NCBI GenBank assembly: GCA_963703345.1
Contig: OY969814.1
Span: forward strand, 704,001-768,000
DNA: 64,000 nt
Reading direction: 5' to 3'
Source: an uncultured Chloroflexia bacterium
GTDB taxonomy: Bacteria > Chloroflexota > Dehalococcoidia > DSTF01 > JALHUB01
The notes under the pieces are model-generated. The model made no database searches and was not told the DNA's origin. It saw only the letters and a list, made by a program, of their open reading frames with translations. The position numbers and the translations under genes were made by a program. Shown piece after piece: positions 57,499 through 64,000 of this stretch; the stretch's first letter is position 1, and every line of letters begins with the position of its first letter.

Positions 57499-58770
57499 CT
57501 AGGGCAGCGTCTTCTCCAGCAGGTGCGGGTCCGCCCGCGGTCCGACCAACGCCACAGCAACGTTGTCGCGGCGGAACAGACGCTTCGCTACGCGCCGGAC
57601 GTCGTCGCTGGTGATCGCCTGTAGCTTGGCGACCACGTCCTCGATCTGCTCGATCTCGCCCATCGTGACCAGGTTCTCGCCCGTCCACTGCGTCAGCGCC
57701 ATCGTCGTCTCCAGGCCAAGGCGGAAGTTGCCCACGGTGAAGTCGCGGGCGCGCGTCATCTCATCCTCCGGCACCGGCTCGTCGACAAGCTTGAACACCT
57801 GCTCCAGGATGACCTTGCCGGCCTCCTCCACCTTCTCCGGGCTGACGCCGGCGCTGACCGCCATGGAGCCCGTGTCGCGGTGGCGGCTGACCGACGACCC
57901 GATGGAGTAGGCAAGCCCGCGGCGCTCGCGCACCTCTTTGAAGAGGCGGGAGCTCATGCCGCGACCGAGCAGCGTGTTGAGGATGGTGAGGGCGTAGCGG
58001 TCCGGGTCGGTGCGGGAGAGGGCGCGCAGTCCGTACGCCAGGTTCGACTGGTCAGTCTCCCGCGACTCGACCTGCACGCGGTCCGGCGGCAGGCCCGGCG
58101 CCGCGGCCGCGATGGACGGGAGCGAGCGGCTCTCCAGATCGGCCGCCCTCTCCGCGATGAGCGCCAGCACCTGCTCGGCCGTCGTATTGCCGGCGACGGC
58201 GACGACGATGTTCTCCGGCGCGTACCACCTCTCGCGGTGCTCCAGGAAGTCGTCGCGCCTGATCCCCTCGACCGTCTCCTCCGTGCCCGCGATGGGCCAG
58301 CCGATGGGTTGGTCGCCGTAGCAGGCGCGGGAGAGCAACTCCGCCGTCCAGGCTGACGGCTGGTCGTGCGTGCGACGTATCTCCTGCTCAACCACCGTGC
58401 GCTCGCGGTCGATCTCGACGCTGTCTAGGAGCGGGTCGCGCACCATGTCCGCCAGGACGTCGATAGCCAGGTCCAGGCGGTCGTAGGGGACGTGCGCCCA
58501 GTAGCCGGTCATCTCCTTGTCGGTGAAGGCGTTGAGCGCGCCGCCGGCGCCTTCGATGGCCTCGGAGATCGCCTGGGCGCTGGGCCGCTTGGCGCTGCCC
58601 TTGAAGAGCATGTGCTCCAGATAGTGGCAGATGCCGTTGACGCGTCGGTCCTCCATGCGGGAGCCGACGCCGACGAAGATGCAGACGTTGGCCGATTGCG
58701 CCGTCGGCATGGGCGTGGTGACGACGCGGAGTCCGTTGTCCAGGGTATCGATCTGCCAGGTGGTGGTCAT
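57499..58770 (-). CDS. M16 (pitrilysin) family peptidase
   Basis: HYLEHMLFKG (HxxEH), LNAFT, MSSRLFKEVRERRGLAY. Confidence 0.95.
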   Translation of the reverse strand: MTTTWQIDTLDNGLRVVTTPMPTAQSANVCIFVGVGSRMEDRRVNGICHYLEHMLFKGSAKRPSAQAISEAIEGAGGALNAFTDKEMTGYWAHVPYDRLDLAIDVLADMVRDPLLDSVEIDRERTVVEQEIRRTHDQPSAWTAELLSRACYGDQPIGWPIAGTEETVEGIRRDDFLEHRERWYAPENIVVAVAGNTTAEQVLALIAERAADLESRSLPSIAAAAPGLPPDRVQVESRETDQSNLAYGLRALSRTDPDRYALTILNTLLGRGMSSRLFKEVRERRGLAYSIGSSVSRHRDTGSMAVSAGVSPEKVEEAGKVILEQVFKLVDEPVPEDEMTRARDFTVGNFRLGLETTMALTQWTGENLVTMGEIEQIEDVVAKLQAITSDDVRRVAKRLFRRDNVAVALVGPRADPHLLEKTLP

Positions 58771-58851
58771 GGGTCCCTCCAAAGACGAGAGTGGTGTTCC
58801 TCCTCATCATAATGCAGAGAGGCGTGCGCAGTCATGCCGCCGCAGCCGCGT

Positions 58852-59175
58852 CTAATTGACCAATTGAATTCAATTGTTTTTCGTGGTGCTTTCCGAACCT
58901 GAACGAGGGTGGTGTGAATCCCTACGGGCAGGCTGGGAATGGCGCGAAATGGCGTCGAAAAGGGGCGAAACGGGGCCGAAAGGGGTCGCTGGCGCGTCGA
59001 CGTGCGCTGTGGCCCTACGGGCGGGTTGGCCGGGGTGAGGTTGTTGGTGCATGGGGTTGGCGGCCTCCGAAGGCTCTCTCAAGTCAGGATAGCAGAGCGG
59101 GGGAGGAGTTGTAAGGGATTGGTGACACCCGGAAGGGTGCGCGGCAGCCCAGTTGATAGAGCATCCGCTTCCCAA
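58852..59175 (-). repeat. Dispersed element 'R', copy C (with degenerate tRNA-Gly(CCC) 5' half at 59138-59175 on the + strand)
   Basis: Shares the exact segment ccttacaactcctcccccgctctgctatcctgac and the aattgaattcaat.ggtcaatta end with copy A. Confidence 0.9.
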
Positions 59176-59347
59176 TTACACCTCCCGAATGCCTCTAAGC
59201 CTCCGTGCGTTTAGGTACGGCGACAGCGAATCTGGCGATGCCTCTTAGCCAAAAGCAGATGCTCCCTTTTTGTTCGTCGCTGGCAAACGGACTACCGACC
59301 GGTTCCGCGTATTGTAGGTGCATTTCCCGCTCCCTGTCGCGGCGGCA

Positions 59348-59376
59348 TTGACAAAATCTCCAAGCAGGCATAGAAT
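59348..59376 (+). promoter_or_regulatory. Sigma70-type promoter of the SDH-PIN operon
   Basis: TTGACA-17 bp-TAGAAT. Confidence 0.75.
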
Positions 59377-59491
59377 ACGCAAACGCAGGATCCGAACGGA
59401 GTTCGGATCCTGCGTGGAACTCCTCGCCAAGTGTATTTGCCAGTCACACCCGCGCTCTTCCTAACCGACAGAATCAGAGGCAAGAGGGAAT

Positions 59492-60592
59492 ATGTCTGTA
59501 CGGCAGCGGTGGGACGCCATACGGAAACTCGAAGAGATACGCTCGTCCCGAGTTCTGGTCTATTTCCTGAGCGACCGGCGGGTTGCCCTTGGCGTGCCCG
59601 TGCCCGGTGTTAGTGCCCAACTTGGTGGGGACGCTTACCCGTTCCTTTATGAGCACATCCGCTCCTTCGGTCAGCCGCAGAGATTGGATTTGTTCTTGCA
59701 CACTGCTGGAGGTCATCTCGATGCAGTCTGGCCGCTGGTGCAGCTTCTTCGCTCCGCCACGAAGCAGTTTTGCGTCATAGTGCCGATGAGCGCGCTCAGC
59801 GGGGGGACTTTGATCTGCTTGGGTGCGGATAAGATCGTGATGACCGTGCCTGCACATCTCAGCCCAGTCGACCCGTCAACCGCCAATGTCTTCAATCCAA
59901 TGGAAGGAAATCAGAAGATTCCGATTAGCGTGGAGGACGTCACTTCTTACCTAGACCTTGCGCGAGGAGGGGAGGATTCGGACGACCGTGCCAGCGCCGG
60001 GTTGACAGCAGATGAGCATATCGTTCAGGTATTCAAAATCCTTGCAGATAAGGTTCATCCTCTGGCGCTAGGAAACGTGAAGCGGGTCTACAAACAGATT
60101 CGAGACATAAGTAGAAAGCTGCTGGAACTTCATCTGACTGGAGATGCGGCGGATATTCGGATTGATAAAATTGTGAAGACGCTGACGCAGGGGCTGCAGT
60201 CGCATTCCCACCTAATCGGCCGGACTGAAGCGACCGATATTTTGGGAAAGGAGATCGTCGCTGCGCCATCTAAGGAGGAAGAAGCAGCGATATGGGGACT
60301 GTTCAACCTATATGAAGAACGCTTTGATCTGCGGAAGACCTTCTCGGTCAAGGAGTGGCTCGGAGGCGATGTCGAGAAGGACTACGACGCTCTGGGCGGT
60401 GCTATCGAAAGTGCTGACCTTTCGCATTTCTTCCGGGCAAAGAGCACGATCAGGCAAATATCACAGTTGCCGCAGGGAGTTCAGATTCAAATCCCCCCCG
60501 GCCAACGGATGCCATTAGTGCCAGGCTTGCCGGTAGGTATCAACATTGAACCTGTTTCGGAGGGCTGGTACACTAACAGTGAAGGAGATTAG
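59492..60592 (+). CDS. SDH family Clp-fold serine protease
   Basis: LDLFLHTAGG, ALSGGTLICLGAD (nucleophile Ser), LSPVDP (Asp), HPLALG, SHSHLI (His). Confidence 0.85.
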   Translation: MSVRQRWDAIRKLEEIRSSRVLVYFLSDRRVALGVPVPGVSAQLGGDAYPFLYEHIRSFGQPQRLDLFLHTAGGHLDAVWPLVQLLRSATKQFCVIVPMSALSGGTLICLGADKIVMTVPAHLSPVDPSTANVFNPMEGNQKIPISVEDVTSYLDLARGGEDSDDRASAGLTADEHIVQVFKILADKVHPLALGNVKRVYKQIRDISRKLLELHLTGDAADIRIDKIVKTLTQGLQSHSHLIGRTEATDILGKEIVAAPSKEEEAAIWGLFNLYEERFDLRKTFSVKEWLGGDVEKDYDALGGAIESADLSHFFRAKSTIRQISQLPQGVQIQIPPGQRMPLVPGLPVGINIEPVSEGWYTNSEGD

Positions 60593-60596
60593 TGGC

Positions 60597-60821
60597 ATGC
60601 AGGGCGAAGACATATACAGCAGTTTGATCAATATGTACGATGCTCGCATGGTCAGGAGTACAAACGCCTCGGACGCATCGTTCTGTTTTGGCAACAACGT
60701 GCTTGTCCCGTCAGATGAAGCCGCGGCAGACCCCCACCTCACTGGCAAGACGTTGCGTGTTGTTGACGGCCAATTGTTCGTCGTCGATCCCGGATCCCCG
60801 CCTTCCTCTGACAATCAGTAG
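60597..60821 (+). CDS. Small hypothetical protein (74 aa)
   Basis: GAAGGAG RBS; ATG 4 nt after the protease stop; MQGEDIYSSL... Confidence 0.6.
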   Translation: MQGEDIYSSLINMYDARMVRSTNASDASFCFGNNVLVPSDEAAADPHLTGKTLRVVDGQLFVVDPGSPPSSDNQ

Positions 60822-60848
60822 GTAATCGCCCGAAGTATCGCAGTACCC

Positions 60849-61298
60849 GTGCGTGGCGCTTTTGTCTCTGGCGTGCCGGGCACGCTTTACGAGCGTGCCG
60901 TCATGATGGATACGTCCGCCTACCTTGGACTCAAGGAGGATCATCAGGACGTCATCCTGTGCTCGCATTCCGTTTCTGCTACGCGGCTCCCGAAGTACGT
61001 CAGCTCCATGGTCGTCGCAGAAACGCACCGACGGCTTCTGTACGATTATGGGCGGAAGGCGGCGTTGGACTTCCTCCGAGACCTCTATGCCAATGACACC
61101 ACGATTGTCCGTCCGGATCGTCATGATGAAGACGAGGCCATTCGCATGTTGAAGCAGTATCGGGAACATCGCATTAGCCTTTGCGACGCCCTAACCTTCG
61201 CACTTATGCTGCGTCTTGGCATTAAGCGTGCCTTCACCCTCGACTGCAATCACTTCTGGACAATTGGCTTCACCGTGATTCCGCCGTTCGACCTTTAA
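60849..61298 (+). CDS. PIN-domain (VapC-like) ribonuclease
   Basis: MDTSA, VVAET, SLCDA, AFTLD..HF acidic tetrad. Confidence 0.88.
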   Translation: MRGAFVSGVPGTLYERAVMMDTSAYLGLKEDHQDVILCSHSVSATRLPKYVSSMVVAETHRRLLYDYGRKAALDFLRDLYANDTTIVRPDRHDEDEAIRMLKQYREHRISLCDALTFALMLRLGIKRAFTLDCNHFWTIGFTVIPPFDL

Positions 61299-61397
61299 GC
61301 GGGATCCCCTTCGGCGTTCTTGCTGGGTCTGTCTTCACTACTAGTCGCGCCGGAGCACCCGTGAGCGGGTCGCTGGACGGTAGCACGCTCCGTCGCG

Positions 61398-61426
61398 TTG
61401 ACAACGGGTTGCGCGGCCGCTATACT
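61398..61426 (+). promoter_or_regulatory. Sigma70-type promoter of the ilv leader
   Basis: TTGACA-17 bp-TATACT. Confidence 0.8.
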
Positions 61427-61442
61427 GAATCGCACATAAGAC

Positions 61443-61710
61443 AAAGGCCGTGATGGGGAGTAGTAAGGCCAGCTTCCTGTCTCAGAGAGCCGGCATTCTG
61501 GTGAGAGCCGGCGACACGAAGAGCCCCAACTCGCCCCGGAGCCGCCGGACTCAGTCCACCTGAGGCGGATGTACCCAGACGGGTGCACCCGGACGGGTGC
61601 AGGCCCGGACGGAAAGCGACCGTTATCGCGCTGAAACCGGTTCGCCTGAGGCGAACAAAAAGGGTGGTACGGTCCCGTCCCATGGGATCCCTTTGGGACG
61701 GGTCTTTTCT
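61443..61710 (+). ncRNA. T-box leader with terminator (probable Leu CTC specifier)
   Basis: AGAGA and GGTGAGA stem I motifs, CTC at 61530, CCGTTA, AGGGTGGTAC T-box at 61661, cccgtccca/tgggacggg hairpin plus TCTTTTCT. Confidence 0.88.
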
Positions 61711-62032
61711 TAGAGTCGCGAAAAGTCGAGAATAGACACATGGCTCACTCTTCGACAAATCCTCTTCAAGGAGCGTCAGCGGTCTCGGTGACGACGCGGG
61801 CCGGCGTGAACGGCCACTTCGTTGCCCGGGACCGCGCCGTAGCTTTGCTCCCCTTACGCCGTCTCCCGCTGGGCGGTGGCTCGCTAGCCCGCGGGACGCT
61901 GGTTCTCGGCGAGCCCGCGCTGCTCGCCTTATCCTAGCAGCGCTCGTCCGCCACCGACTGGAACCAAGAGAATCTCCCAACTCGTTCGAACAGCGTCGCC
62001 TTAGACGCATTGCCTTAAAGGGGGTTTCGATT

Positions 62033-63750
<1,718 letters not shown>

Positions 63751-63754
<4 letters not shown>

Positions 63755-64000
63755 AAGGCACAAGACACACTATAGTCGCCCTTGTCCAGAACAAGCCCGG
63801 CGTCCTCAACCGCATTGTCAGCAAGTGGCGCCAGCGGGGCTTCAACATCGAAAGCCTGACTGTCGGACACAGCGAAGTCCCCGGCCTCTCGCGCATGACC
63901 TTCGTGCTCGGCGGCGCGGCAAGCGAAGTCGAGCAGGTGACGAAGCAGCTCTTCAAGGTCGTCGACATCGTCAAGATCAGCGACCTGGCGGAAGACGAGA
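63751..64000 (+). CDS. ilvN: Acetolactate synthase small subunit (partial)
   Basis: MKGTRHTIVALVQNKPGVLNRI...RGFNIESLTVG...SRMT; ATGA overlap with ilvB. Confidence 0.95.

Noticed and set aside
59138-59175. Functional tRNA-Gly gene (also 42513-42550)
   Set aside because: Only the 5' half is tRNA-like; there is no T-arm or matching acceptor strand. Kept as a remnant in the findings.

Overview
GC-rich bacterial chromosome segment, most likely Chloroflexota (Dehalococcoidia-like). This assignment is inferred from gene content, not tested. Layout: (1) 0.7-8.8 kb holds secreted or membrane-anchored cohesin- and dockerin-like proteins, including an S8 protease and no glycoside hydrolases; a related large cohesin/dockerin/DUF3089 protein lies at 47.8-51.4 kb. 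(2) Housekeeping genes tyrS, ribF, rpsU, gyrA, folD, tRNA-Pro(CGG) and T-box-controlled ilvBN. (3) A 13.4-28.1 kb stress/dormancy block: Ku-LigD, ferritin-like cargo plus family 1 encapsulin, a GAF-PAS-HK-REC-wHTH hybrid regulator, OtsA-like synthase, SOD and small Zn-ribbon proteins. (4) A corrinoid methyltransferase module and a cobalamin-riboswitch-controlled ECF uptake operon. (5) Three accessory cassettes (HEPN-like/YVTN/Gmad2; small protein plus Rad50/RloC-like ATPase; SDH Clp-fold protease plus small protein plus PIN). Each abuts a copy of a dispersed ~240-320 bp non-coding element; two copies carry a degenerate tRNA-Gly(CCC) 5' half ending at the anticodon loop. The strongest novelty candidates are the non-cellulolytic cohesin-dockerin surface complex, the tRNA-Gly-derived att-like element family and the protease-PIN operon. 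All domain calls come from motif recognition by eye; no searches were run.
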